Origin: Octopus sinensis | Taxonomy: Eukaryota | Direction: 5' to 3' | Assembly: GCF_006345805.1 (NCBI RefSeq) | Contig: NC_042997.1 | Span: 82,274,001-82,338,000 of the forward strand | Length of the DNA: 64,000 nt | Shown here: one piece after another, positions 51,212 through 62,885 of the stretch | How positions within the stretch are numbered: position 1 is the first letter of the stretch | Layout of the letters: the number at the start of each line of letters is the position of its first letter | Translations under genes and position numbers: made by a program | Notes under the pieces: generated by a model | The model's input: the letters and a program-made list of their open reading frames with translations, nothing else | The model's database searches: none | Told to the model about the DNA's origin: nothing

Positions 51212-51800
51212 CTGTAGTTGTGTGAGTGTCTGTCCCCTTTGATTTAGATTCCTAACTACTCCTACATTTTGCGGTGCAGTTTAACCAAATTCGGGTATCT
51301 TATAGTCGTGATTCATATCGAGCCCTGTAGTTGTGTGAGTGTCTGTCCCCTTTGATTTAGATTCCTAACTACTCCTACATTTTGCGGTGCAGTTTAACCA
51401 AATTCGGGTATCTTATAGTCGTGATTCATATCGAGCCCGTCTGAGTATTAGCGCGCGTCTACGATGAGTCTACGAATTTTTATTCCATTTTAATGCATAA
51501 TTTTTCGTGTGTCGATGGCGGCGGAGTTGGCGTCCATGGTCACACCTGCACCTGTTTGCTTCTCCCCCTTCTTCCCTCCCTCGTGAAGCTGTGGGGAAGG
51601 GAGGGTAAGGAAATCAACGTCGTAATGCGTTGTCAAGGAGACCAGCGTTCTTTTAGAACAACGACTTCATGGCTTGAAGACACCAAAACAGAAATGGCTA
51701 AGAAAGCCCGAATTGGCATCTATAAGGAAAGTAACTCTCTAAAAATGCTTATATAGTTATTTCCCTTACAAACCCGAGCAACGCCGGGCGATACTGCTAG
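51212..51800 (+). mobile_element. Non-autonomous Helitron-like element (same family as 27282-29316)
   Basis: Ends with CCCGAGCAACGCCGGG hairpin, then CTAG (51797-51800), then T. Shares the internal GAAGCTGTGGGGAAGG...GCTAAGAAA block. Contains a 113-bp tandem duplication. Confidence 0.8.
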
Positions 51801-51976
51801 TATATATATACATATATATATACATATATATATATACATATATATGTATGTATATATATATGTATGTATATATATATATGTATGTATATATGTATGTATA
51901 TATATATATATATATATAATATATATATATATATAATATATATATATATATATAGATATATATTATATATATATAC

Positions 51977-52740
51977 AGGGAGAGTTTACGGAAAAAAAAA
52001 GACGAAGACAGGTGCTGTACAAAACAAACAGATGTATTAGTATAACGCTCGGGAATAGAAAAAGTCTTTTACGTTTCGAGCCTTCACTCTTCTACAGAAA
52101 GGGACACAGAAAAAAACAAAAAAAAAAATGTGTGTAGTGGCTAACGATCTATCATGGTGACTAGTGCCAGACAGAAGGGTCAAACACGAGGAGGAAAGTA
52201 GGGGAGATAACAAGGTAAAGATGACCCCCAACACAAAGGTGCATGTGTGTGTGTATAAGAGAGTATGTATGTGCGTGTGAAAGAGGGCTGGTGGTCTGGA
52301 CGTGTGCGTGTATGTGTAGGTGTGAAGATGTGGGGATGGGTGTGTGGGTGGTATGTTGTGATGTGATGTGTAATGTTGTATGGTGTAGTGTGGTGTGATG
52401 TTGGGAGGTGGGGGAGGCGAGAGTGGGGAAAGCACGGGTGGAGTGTGGGTTTGGCTGGGGGTTGGGGTAGAGTCGGGGTTTGTGGGTAGGCAGAGGGTGG
52501 GGTATGTGGGGGGATGGGAAGGATAGGGAAGGTGGTGTAGTGTGGGTGGGTTTATGGGGTAGGGGCAGGCAGGTATGTGAGGAGAGAAGAGAGAAAGAGT
52601 AGGAGAGAAGAGAATAAGAGAGGAGAGAGAGAGTGAGAAGAGAGTAAGAGGAAAGACCTAAGGAGGGGAGAGAAAAAGAGTAGGAGAGAAGAGGGAAAGA
52701 GAGTAGGGGTGAAGAGAAGTAAGAGTTGGGGGCAAGAGAG
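51977..52740 (-). mobile_element. Probable Penelope-like terminal repeat region
   Basis: Hammerhead-like core at 52070-52097 and pyrimidine/CA-rich body, flanked by (TA)n. Assignment is by pattern only. Confidence 0.4.
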
Positions 52741-52875
52741 GAGAGTTGGGTGGGAAGAATATGTATGTATATATATACATATATCTATACATATGTATAT
52801 ATACATACATATACACACACACACACATATATATACATATATATATATATAAGCATATACATATACATACATATG

Positions 52876-52910
<35 letters not shown>

Positions 52911-52922
52911 GATGCCCTACAT

Positions 52923-54760
52923 ACAAATAATTACAGAGGTATCAAGCTGTTGGATCAGGTAATGAAGGTTACGGAGAGGGTCATAGCCCAACTAATTAGA
53001 GAGAGAGTTAGTTTAGATGAGATGCAGTTTGGGTTCGTGCCAGGGAAAAGTACCACTGATGCTATATTCCTGGTAAGGCAGCTGCAGGAGAAATACCTAG
53101 CCAAAGATAAGCCCCTGTACCTGGCTTTTGTTGACATGGAGAAAGCCTTCGACAGGGTTCCCTGATCCCTTATCTGGTGGTCAATGAGGAAACTAGAGAT
53201 AGATGACTGGTTAGTAAGAGCTGTGCAAGCCATGTACAGGGACGCTGCTAGTAAGGTGGGGGTTGGCAATGAGTACAGTGAAGAATTCCGGGTAGAGGTA
53301 GGGGTCCACCAAGGCTCAGTCCTCAGCCCCCTCCTATTTATCATAGTCCTCCAGGCAATAACGGAGGAATTCAAGACAGGATGCCCTTGGGAGCTCTCTA
53401 TGCTGATGACCTTGCTCTAATCGCTGAGTCACTATCAGAACTGGAGGAGAAGTTTCAGGTGTGGAAGCAAGGATTAGAAGGGCCTTAGAGTCAATCTAGC
53501 TAAAACCAAAGTCCTAATAAGTAGGAAGGTAGACAAATCACAAACGCCTTCAAGTAGATGGCCCTGCTCGATCTGTAGAAAAGGTGTAGGTAGATACTCT
53601 ATAAGATGCACCAAGTGTAAGCTATGGACACATAAGAGGTGCAGCAATGTCAAAGGAAGGCTAGCTAGGAAGATAGTTTTTGTATGTGGCAGATGCCCGG
53701 AAACAATAAACACTGAAAATGCTCTGGGACCAACTTCTGTCACTTTCCAGGGAGAAAAACGAGAAATAGTTGATAGCTTCCGTTACCTAGGTGACGAAGG
53801 TGGGTGTACTGAAAGTATAACTGCTAGAGTAAGAATAGCTTGGGCAAAGTTTGCTGGTGACAAAAGGCATCTCGCTCAAAGTAAAAGGCAGACTGTATGA
53901 CGCGTGTGTACAAACAGCCATGCTACATGGCAGTGAAACATGGGCCGTGACTGCTGAGGATATGCGTAAGCTTGCAAGAAATGAAGCTGGTATGCTCCGA
54001 TGGATGTGTAATGTCAGTGTTCATACTCGACAGAGAGTAAGTACCTTGAGAGAAAAGCTGGACCTAAGAAGCATCAGATGTGGTGTGCAAAAGAGACGTT
54101 TGTGCTGGTATAGTTATGTGGTGAAAATGGATGAAGATAGTTGTGTGAAAAAGTGCCACACCCTAGCTGTTGAGGGAACCTGTGGAAGAGGAAGACCCAG
54201 GAAAACCTGGGACGAGATGGTGAAGCATGACCTTCAAACTTTAGGTCTCACTGAAGAAATGACTAGAGACCAAGACCTCTGGAAGTATGCTGTGCGTGAG
54301 AAGACCCGGCAGGACAAGTGAGACCATAACCCGTGGCCTTCTACACGGGATGTAGCCAGTCCACTTATGCATACCTTCCCTTCTTGGGACACAAAACTCT
54401 ACTTGTGAAGACCTGTTGAGGCAAGTGAGAACAAGAATCGAAATCGATCAATGGAAATAGCAGCTGAGATACCAGTGCCGGTGGCACGTAAGAGAGCCAT
54501 CCAAACGTGGCCGTTGCCAGCGCTGCACCGACTGGGCTTGTGCCGGTGGCACGTAAAAAGCACCATCCATTCATGGCCATTGCCAGCCTCACCTGGCCCC
54601 CGTGCTGGTGGCACATAAAAAGCACCATCCGATCGTGGCCATTTGCCAGACTCGTCTGGCACCTGTGCCAGTGGCACGTAAAAAGCACCCACTACACTCA
54701 TGGAGGGGTTGGCGTTAGGAAGAGCATCCAGCCGTAGAAACATTGCCAGATCAGACTGGG
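52923..54760 (+). mobile_element. RTE-clade LINE, 5'-truncated and decayed
   Basis: Motifs [49 protein letters not shown]-like cluster and MLHGSETW. Stop at 54321, then 3' UTR. Confidence 0.92.
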
Positions 54761-55044
54761 CATAGTGCAACGGGATCCGGGGTACTTTGGGGATCTGGGG
54801 TACTTTGGGGATCCGGGGTACTTTGAATGGGTAGGGGTGGGGAAGGTTGGGGGGTAAGGAGGAATGATGGCAGGAAGGGTTGGTGCAGGTTCGTAAGAAA
54901 TAAAAACGTAGGATATTACGAGGCGTGGAGGGGACTGGAAGGAGATAGTAGGATTGAGGCAGTGTCAGATTCAAAACAGGAGGAAGCGTAAGATCAGTGG
55001 GCGATTGATGAGCTGTGACGCTAGCAGCTTGTCTTTTCACATAT

Positions 55045-55820
55045 ATCATCATCATCATCATCGTTTAGCGTCCGCTTTCCATGCTAGCATGGGTTGGACG
55101 GTCAACTGGGGGTCTGTGAAGCTGGAAGGCTTCGTCAGGCCCAGTCAGATCTGGCAGTGTTTCTACGGCTGGATGCCCTTCCTAACGCCAACCACTCCGC
55201 GAGTGTAGTGGGTGTTTTTTGCGTGCCACCTGCACAGGTGCCAGACAGAGCTGGCGAACGGCCACGAATGGATGGTGCTTTTACGTGTCACCGGCACGGG
55301 GCCAGGCGATGCTGGAAACGGACACGAACGGATGGTGCTTTTACATGCCACCGACACGGGGCCAGACAGAGCTGGCAACCAGCCACGAACGGACGGTGCT
55401 TTTACGTGTCACCGGCACGGGGGCCAGCCGAGGCTGGCAACGGACGCGAACGGATGGTGCTTTTACGTGCCACCGACATGGGGCCAGACAGAGCTGGCAA
55501 ACGGCCACGAACGGACGGTGCTTTTACGTGTCACCGGCACGGGGCCAGGCGAGGCTGGCAACGAACATGAACGGATGGTGCTTTTACGTGCCACCGACAC
55601 GGGGCCAGACAGAGCTGGCAAACGGCCACGAACGGACGGTGCTTTTACGTGTCACTGGCACGGGGCCAGGCGAGGCTGGCAACGAACACGAACGTATGGT
55701 GCTTTTACGTGCCACCGACACGGGGCCAGGCAGAGCTGGCAAACGGCCATGAGCGAATGGTGCTTTTACGTATCACCGGCACGGGTGCCAGACGAGGCTG
55801 ACAGCGGACACGAATGGATG
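55045..55820 (-). mobile_element. RTE 3' UTR fragment with an expanded 60-61-bp tandem array
   Basis: (GAT)n tail at about 55047-55061 and ten repeat units at 55211-55820. Homologous to 45408-45790. Confidence 0.85.
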
Positions 55821-55859
55821 GGTCACTTAATCCCTGCTTTCTGATATATGATTTGATTT

Positions 55860-55881
55860 GATTTTATACATACATATATAT

Positions 55882-55912
<31 letters not shown>

Positions 55913-55928
55913 CATACATATATATATA

Positions 55929-55960
<32 letters not shown>

Positions 55961-56187
55961 CATATATATATACATACATACATATATATATACATACATA
56001 TATATATATATACATACATATATATATATATACATACATATATATATATACATACATATATATATATATATAATACATATATATATATATATATATAATA
56101 TATATATATATATACATATATATATACATATATACATATATATATACATGTATATATATATATATATATACATATATACATATATAT

Positions 56188-56225
<38 letters not shown>
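55860..56225. repeat. (TA)n/(TACA)n microsatellite
   Basis: Direct reading. Confidence 0.95.
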
Positions 56226-56230
<5 letters not shown>

Positions 56231-56569
56231 GGGTAAAGACCCCCTTCGGTCATGAATGACCATGGGATTGCACCTAGAAAGTTACCCTCCTAGACACAAG
56301 TCCGGGCAAGGTTGTTTATGGAAGACCAGCAGTCGCCCATGCATACTAGCCTCCCCTCTCCACGCCACCAGTGTTATCCAAGGGAAAGACAAAGGTCGAT
56401 ACAGCTTCGCACCTGTGACGTCGCAACTCATTTCTACAGCTGAGTGAACTGGAGCAACGTGAAATAAAGTGCCTTGCTTAAGAACACAACACGCAGCCCG
56501 GTCTGGGAATCGAGCTCACAACCTCACGATCGTAAGCTCGACGCTCTAACCACTGAGCCATGCACCTTC
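56231..56569 (-). mobile_element. Near full-length tRNA-derived SINE
   Basis: Minus strand has A box TGGCTCAGTGG and B box-like GCTCGATTCCC, then AAGGCACTTTATTTCACGTTGCTCCAGTTCACTCAGCTG. Flanked by (TA)n. Confidence 0.8.
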
Positions 56570-56578
56570 ACATATATA

Positions 56579-56696
<118 letters not shown>

Positions 56697-56711
56697 ATAT
56701 ATATATATATA

Positions 56712-56860
56712 TTGGAAGGGCATCCAGCTGTAGAAACACTGCCAGATCTGACTGGCCTGGTGCAGCCTTCGGGCTAGCCAGACCCCAGTTGAACCGTCCA
56801 ACTCATGCTAGCATGGAAAGCGGACGTTAAACGATGATGATGATGATAATGATAATGATA
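56712..56860 (+). mobile_element. Short RTE 3'-end fragment with (GAT)n tail
   Basis: GGAAGGGCATCCAGCTGTAGAAAC...GGACGTTAAACGATGATGAT. Confidence 0.8.
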
Positions 56861-57299
56861 TATATATATATCTTTATTAGAAATCGTTTTCTAGAACCCT
56901 CCAAATTAAAGGACAAAATATAATTCAACCTTTCAGACACACACATACACACATAAGTCGTCAGAATTTTGGGAAAAAAATCCTTTTATTTCTTCATTAT
57001 TATTTGTGCTTTTATTTCTAGAGAACGGGTGTTGTTAAGCTATAAATCTAATCACATCTAAACTATGCCTTTTAAAAATATTCTTGCAAAAATCAGAAAG
57101 AAATTTAACAAGATCCCAAAGAAACTTTTATTTGTTGCAGTTTGTTACACTAAAAGAAATATACATAAAATGCAAATTAATAATAATTATTAATTAGTAT
57201 TTTTCAGAAGCTGGTTATATACTTAAATCCTTAAATCCTTAAAAATGTTTTAGCACCACCGCTGAATGAGCTACACTAATATGTGAATCCACCTCTGAT

Positions 57300-58295
57300 A
57301 CGTGGCACTTGATCAACAAGGGAGTTCGATGCTGCTGCCCGCATCTACGTGTCCTGTCATGAGGTAGGTTCATCTGGGACTCCCGACAAGAAGAGATCCA
57401 GTTTAGTTTTAAAGAAACCCACATCCACACCATGTAAGTCTCTCAGGCATTTAGGGAGGATGTTAAAAAGCAGTGGTCCTCTGAAACCCAAACTGTTGCA
57501 GTATCTGGACCTGTATTTTGATGGTGATGTTGGAATCTTTGGCACCATGCAGTGGCGCCCCATTCTGCGGTTGGGGTAACTTTGAATGCCAAAGTTTGGG
57601 ACAAGACCCTCCAGGATTTTCCAGATGTATATCACCACATATCTCTCCCGCCTCCGCTCTAGAGAGAAGAGGTTTAATACTTTCAGTCTTTTCAAGTAGC
57701 TGATATTTTGCATTGAGACGATCTTCTTTGTGTAGCTTCTTTGAATTGCTTCGAGTTCTGCTGTTAGTTTTATATTGTGTGGTGACCATAGTTGGGAGCA
57801 GTAGTCCAAGCGGCTGAGGACAAATGTTTTCCAGAGGACCATCAGTGTCTCCTTCTCTCTTGTTCTGAAAGTTCGGAGAATCCATTCAGCTAGCCATCTG
57901 CATACCCTCCATCAGACACCTACCATATTCTGAGCGCCTTGTTTCCCTGGGCATGGATTCACTGAAGCTCCGGCATCTGGCGATGGACTTGGTAAACACC
58001 CACAAGGTTATCAACCACCTCACCAACAACAACACTGAACACCTTTTTGATCTCCATGTGTCTAACACACGTGGACATGCCTACAAAGTCAGAAAACAAC
58101 ACAGCTCCCATGACTTTCGGAAACATTTTTTCACGCTCAGAGTTGCTGAAGCATGGAATAAACTGCCTGCGTCAGTTGTTGACTGCCATGACACTGCATC
58201 CTTTAAGGCCCTCATGCTTTCCGAAATCCGCCGAAACTACACCTGATTATATATACACTTTAGATGAGTTGTAGTGCACCTGAGCACTGTACACA

Positions 58296-58327
<32 letters not shown>

Positions 58328-58640
58328 CACCAGATTAGTAATATGCACTTGGAAAGATGCATCATTGCTCATGTCAATGCCCAGGTCACGGACTGATTTT
58401 GACTCAGGGATTGCAATTCTTCCTGGGCCAGTGTATCCAGTCTGCACGTCCTTTACCTTTGTGTGCCGGTAGCGCAGGGCCTGGAACTTACCTGCATTAA
58501 ACTGCATGTTGTTGTCCTCAGCCCACCTGTATATTGTATCCAACTCCTGTTGCAGATGCGCAATATTTTCAGGGTTTTGAAATGATTATTTTTTCTATAA
58601 GCTCTGTTGTAAGACACAGTCCTGTCTGTGTGACAGGAAC
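57300..58640 (-). mobile_element. CR1-clade LINE 3' half, interrupted by a second CR1 fragment
   Basis: WAEDNNMQFNAGKFQ..VRDLGI..HITNLV lies at 58330-58543. It resumes as LAEWILRTF..SRLDYCSQLWSP..SLERRRERY..FKTKLDLFLSGVPDEP at 57357-57900. Confidence 0.85.
57905..58326 (+). mobile_element. CR1-clade LINE 3' end with (ATT)n tail, nested
   Basis: YSERLVSLGMDSLKLRHL..TRGHAYKV..FRKHFFTLRVAEAWNKLP. (ATT)n tail at about 58295-58326. Confidence 0.85.
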
Positions 58641-59188
58641 TTTGTTCCTTAGCTATATGTTTCTGGATTTAGCACCAGTGTATGACACCAAATGTCTTCT
58701 ACTATAGCCCTGTGTGTGTGCGTGTGTGTGTGGCTGTGTGTTTATGCTTGTCCAAAACTTGAATGAGTGCCATTGCAAAGAGATTTTCTCTTTTGAACAA
58801 GAGATAAGAAATTTTATCTCACCTCCCCCATCTTTCTCTCTCCCACTATACACACACACACATATATACACGAACACTTGTGTGTATACATACAATTCCC
58901 CACAAAATAAAATACATATACATACAATCATACACATAACTACAAAGACCTCAACCAAACCACTATCAAAAATAATTGAACTTTTAACCTTTAACCATTG
59001 TAGCCAAAACACTAAGTACTGAATTCTTTTACACATACATATCCATTTAGCCTTTTGGTTTTATTATTTTTTTTTATTATTTGCTTTCTTTAATACATAC
59101 ATATACACACACATATAAAATACACTTTATTGAAATAATAAAGTTTACCCAAAATTAAACATACGAACATATATATATATATAAAATA

Positions 59189-59685
59189 CGAGGGGCGTTC
59201 AATAAGTAATGCCCCTGACCCACTTCCCATAGCAGTAGAGCAACGAAACTTGGCACAGTTATTAGTCTTTTTCTACATAAGAACCACCCAGAGTTACGCA
59301 TTTCTCCCATTGTTTGATGCAGCTCTGGAGACCGTTTTTGTAGAAGACCCCAGCTTGGTCCTCCAACCTCAACGTGACTTCAGAAATCAAGGCTGCATCA
59401 TCTGGGAAACGCTTTCCTTTCAAAAACAACTTCATGACTGGGAAGAGGTGAAAATCAGAGGGTGCAAGGTCAGGAAAGTAGGAGGATGGGGGAGGAGTTC
59501 ATAGCCATACGCCTGTGCTTCTGATCTGGCGACAAGCGAGTTGTGGACCGGAGCATTGTCCTGCAGGAGGAGGATGCCTTTGCTGATCTTGCCCCACCTC
59601 TTGATTTTGATAACTTCTCTTAATTTCCTCAAAAGTGAAGCATAATAGGCTCCTGCAATTGTGGTACCCTTTGCCAAGATCGTCG
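59189..59685 (-). mobile_element. Mariner transposon 3' fragment
   Basis: TA followed by the TIR CGAGGGGCGTTCAATAAGT. Reads GTTIAGAYYASLL..LLLQDNAPVH..ELLPHPP. Confidence 0.85.
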
Positions 59686-60194
59686 GGTGACCTGCTGTGC
59701 TTGAGGAGATCTATTGAGTCAAGTACATCAATATCAAAATAAATATCAAATGGAAATTGTAGTTACATGATACCTGTGCCAGGGGCACGTAAAAAGCATC
59801 ATCCGAACGTGGCCGATGCCAGGGTCGCCTTGACCGGCTTCTGTGCCGGTGGCACATGACCTGCTGTGCTTGAAGAGATCTATTGAGTCAAGTACATCAA
59901 CATCAAAATAAATATCAAATGGAAATTGTAGTTGTGATACCTGTGCCGGTGGCACATAAAAAGCACCATTTGAATGTGGCCGATGCCAGCATGCCTTGAC
60001 TGGCTTCTGTGCCGGTGGCACGTAAAAAGCACCCACTACACTCATGAAGTGGTTGGTGTTAGGAAGGGCATCCAGCTGTAGAAACACTGCCAGATCAGAC
60101 TGGAGCCTGGTGCAGCCCCCTAGCTTCCCAGACCCCGGTCGAACTGTCCAACCCGTGCTAGCACGGAAAACGGACGTTAAACGATGATGATGAT
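59686..60194 (+). mobile_element. RTE-type 3' UTR fragment with a 169-bp internal duplication and (GAT)n tail
   Basis: TGACCTGCTGTGCTTGA occurs at 59688 and 59857. Carries GTGCCGGTGGCAC motifs and ends GGACGTTAAACGATGATG. Confidence 0.8.
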
Positions 60195-60229
60195 ATATAT
60201 ATATTCTGTTATTATTTTATATATATATA

Positions 60230-60437
60230 TTCTTTTATTTGACTGCAACCATACTGCAGCACTGCCTTTAGTCGAGCAAATCAACCCCAGAACTTATTCT
60301 TTGTAATCCTAGTACTTATTCTATTGGTCATTTTTGCCAAGCCACTAAGTTACCGGGACGTAAATACACCAACATCGGTTGTCAAGTGATGTTGGAGGGA
60401 CAAACACAGGCACACAAACACACACACACATACATAC

Positions 60438-60490
<53 letters not shown>

Positions 60491-60652
60491 CAACAGTCTT
60501 CTTTCAGTTTCTGTCTACCAAATTCACTCACAAGGCTTTGGTTGGCCCAAGGCTATAGTAGAAGACACTTGCTCAAGATGCTACACAGTAGGACTGAACC
60601 TGGAACCATTTGGTTGGTAAGCAAACTATTTACCACACAGCCACTCCTGCGC
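60230..60652 (-). mobile_element. Full-length tRNA-derived SINE with an internal microsatellite
   Basis: Head GCAGGAGTGGCTGTGTGGT...GGTTCAGTCC at the right end, internal (TA)/(TG), and a 3' part homologous to 23175-23320. Confidence 0.75.
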
Positions 60653-61339
60653 TTATATAAGTATAAAAAATACACTTTATTGAAATAAAAAGTTTCCCCA
60701 AAATTAAACATATCTATAGAAACTGACACACACAAAACATAAGCACACAAATATACATACAATTCACCCTCTCACAAACACAAATATTTTATTTACCCAA
60801 GCATTCATATGCAAACATACTTATTGAGCCTTTCACTAAAAATACAATAAATTTCATCAAATTCAGTGGCTAACCCAAGCAGTCTTGGCTGAATGGGTTT
60901 ATCTTTTAATATCTTGTGTCACTAAAGTGTATGTTTTATGTTTTTTTTTATTTTTGAAAGACCACATAGAATTTTTTAAAAGACTTTAGGGGGATCACCT
61001 TTATGAAATGTCACCAGTATAGAATGTAACACTCTTGAGCACAGGGTCCCCTTCAGCATGGAGCCTGATTTGGAGCAATCAGTCCGGTCTGACGTCCAGA
61101 TTTTGTGTAACTGAAATCCCCTATTTATCATTTTTTCTCACCTGCTTCTGTTACAAAAGCCATCTAAGCTACTTTTCCATGCCAGGTTTTATGTTAAGCA
61201 TTCTTAAATAATTAGTGAAAAGGAATACCTTTCCTCCTTTTTCTATCTTAAGACAGTCAGTGGAATTCCATGGCTGAGTTACCACTCCTGTGCCCAATCA
61301 TCCACTCAAAGTACATAAGTATTATGTTGTTATTACTGA

Positions 61340-62885
61340 AAGGCAACTTTCTGTTCTTAAGTGAAACATTGGTGTTTCCTCTTCCTTTGTCACTTGTAGG
61401 ATGACAGGCTCTCCTTCTGCAGGAACCAGCAATAATCTTCCATCATATTTGGGTGGAAGTTACCTTGGTATCTGTTTTCCCTAACTGAGATCTGTTGGTG
61501 GAAGTGCTCATCATGCTTATTACTCACAACCCCAAGGTTGACCAGAAAGAAGTCAAAATGAGGATGTAAAAAATGTATTTTCAAAGACACTCTACATCAT
61601 ATTTCTCATATGAATTCAGCTTTGTGGTTTCCAAGAAAATTTTTGACAACTTCAACAAAAGATGTCCATACTCCTAGTTCATTCTCAATTAGATTAGATG
61701 GAAATGATGATTCATGGCTGACACTGCAGATCTATGGTCCAGTGAAAACTCCAACTTCTAGCTTATCATCTGTTAATATTCCTTTGAATTTATCCTTTAA
61801 ATATTGGAAACTGCTATCTTGCTGCTCCATACTCTTCACAAAATTTTTCATAAGGCCAAGTTTAATATGAAATGGTAGAAGATGTACTTTCTGAGGGTCA
61901 ATAAGCACTGAATGTTGCACACGGTGTTTACCAACAAAATGTTTGGTTCTATATGGCCAATCATGTTTTTTGTAGTAGTTCTTGTCATCTCTGCTGTTCC
62001 ACGGACACAAAAAGCACATATGCTTTGTGTAGCTCAACTGTAACCCAAGAAGTAATGATACAACTTTAAGATCGCCATAAATATTACATATGTGGTCCTT
62101 ATATTTGATGAGTCTTAGCAGCAATTCTATTGATTTATAAACCTCATTAAAGCCAGTGACAAGTGCTACAGGTATTGAAAGTTTTTCATTGCTATTGTAT
62201 AATAATACAGTTTTAAGGCTAGCTTTACTAGAGTCAATGAACAATCTCCATTTTTTGGATTATATCAAAAGCCTATCCTTTCCATCAGGCCACTGATAGA
62301 GAAACAAACGTTTTCCTCCTGTAAGTAAAATGATGGTGAAAACTGCAGATGGCATTGACAGAAATGGGAAACTTTGGTGTATGTCTAGAGAAAATTTCAT
62401 CTTTGACATCTGAAACCAAGCAATTCTACCTTTTCTTTCTGTTATTCCAATAAATGTGGGGAACTAGTTACATCTGGAACATACATGCCATCTTTCCTTA
62501 TTTCTAGTGAAATCTTCAGATGAACTGATGTCTTCAACAACTGCTCTACTTGATTGTCACATAGCAACTGACTATTGGGCCATTACTATGCTCGTGACTC
62601 AGTGTCGCCAACTTGGGATAAATTTTATTGAACAAAATCCTTAGAATTTTTATAAGTTGGCAAACAAAAATTCCTTTAACTTTGAAAAGCAAGTTTCATA
62701 TTACTGGCATTAGGATGATTAAAACCAAAATCTTGATGTAGAAGGAAATTTTACTAAGTGATTTGCATCTTACTCAAAGCCTACAGATGATAGAAAAAAT
62801 TTAATTATAGATTTGAAATCAGCATACTAAAATTAACTAGGAACACCTATTTGGTCTTCTGTAACAAAATCTTTGTTACCTAGTG
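61340..62885 (-). mobile_element. CMC/Chapaev3-like DNA transposon relic
   Basis: FIDSSKASLKTVLL..GDLKVVSLLLG..YTKHMCFLC..HIKLGLMKNFVK and MSLKIHFLH..HFHQQI..RYQG..DYCW. The terminus CACTAGGTAAC at 62885 is next to TAA. Confidence 0.75.

Noticed and set aside
55005-55033. Hammerhead-like TTGATGA-GCTG..CAGC-TTGTC
   Set aside because: It lacks C3 and the GAAA core, so it would need a deletion to be invoked.
55211-55820. CRISPR-like array
   Set aside because: The spacers are homologous to each other rather than unique, there are no cas genes, and it sits in a eukaryotic LINE UTR.
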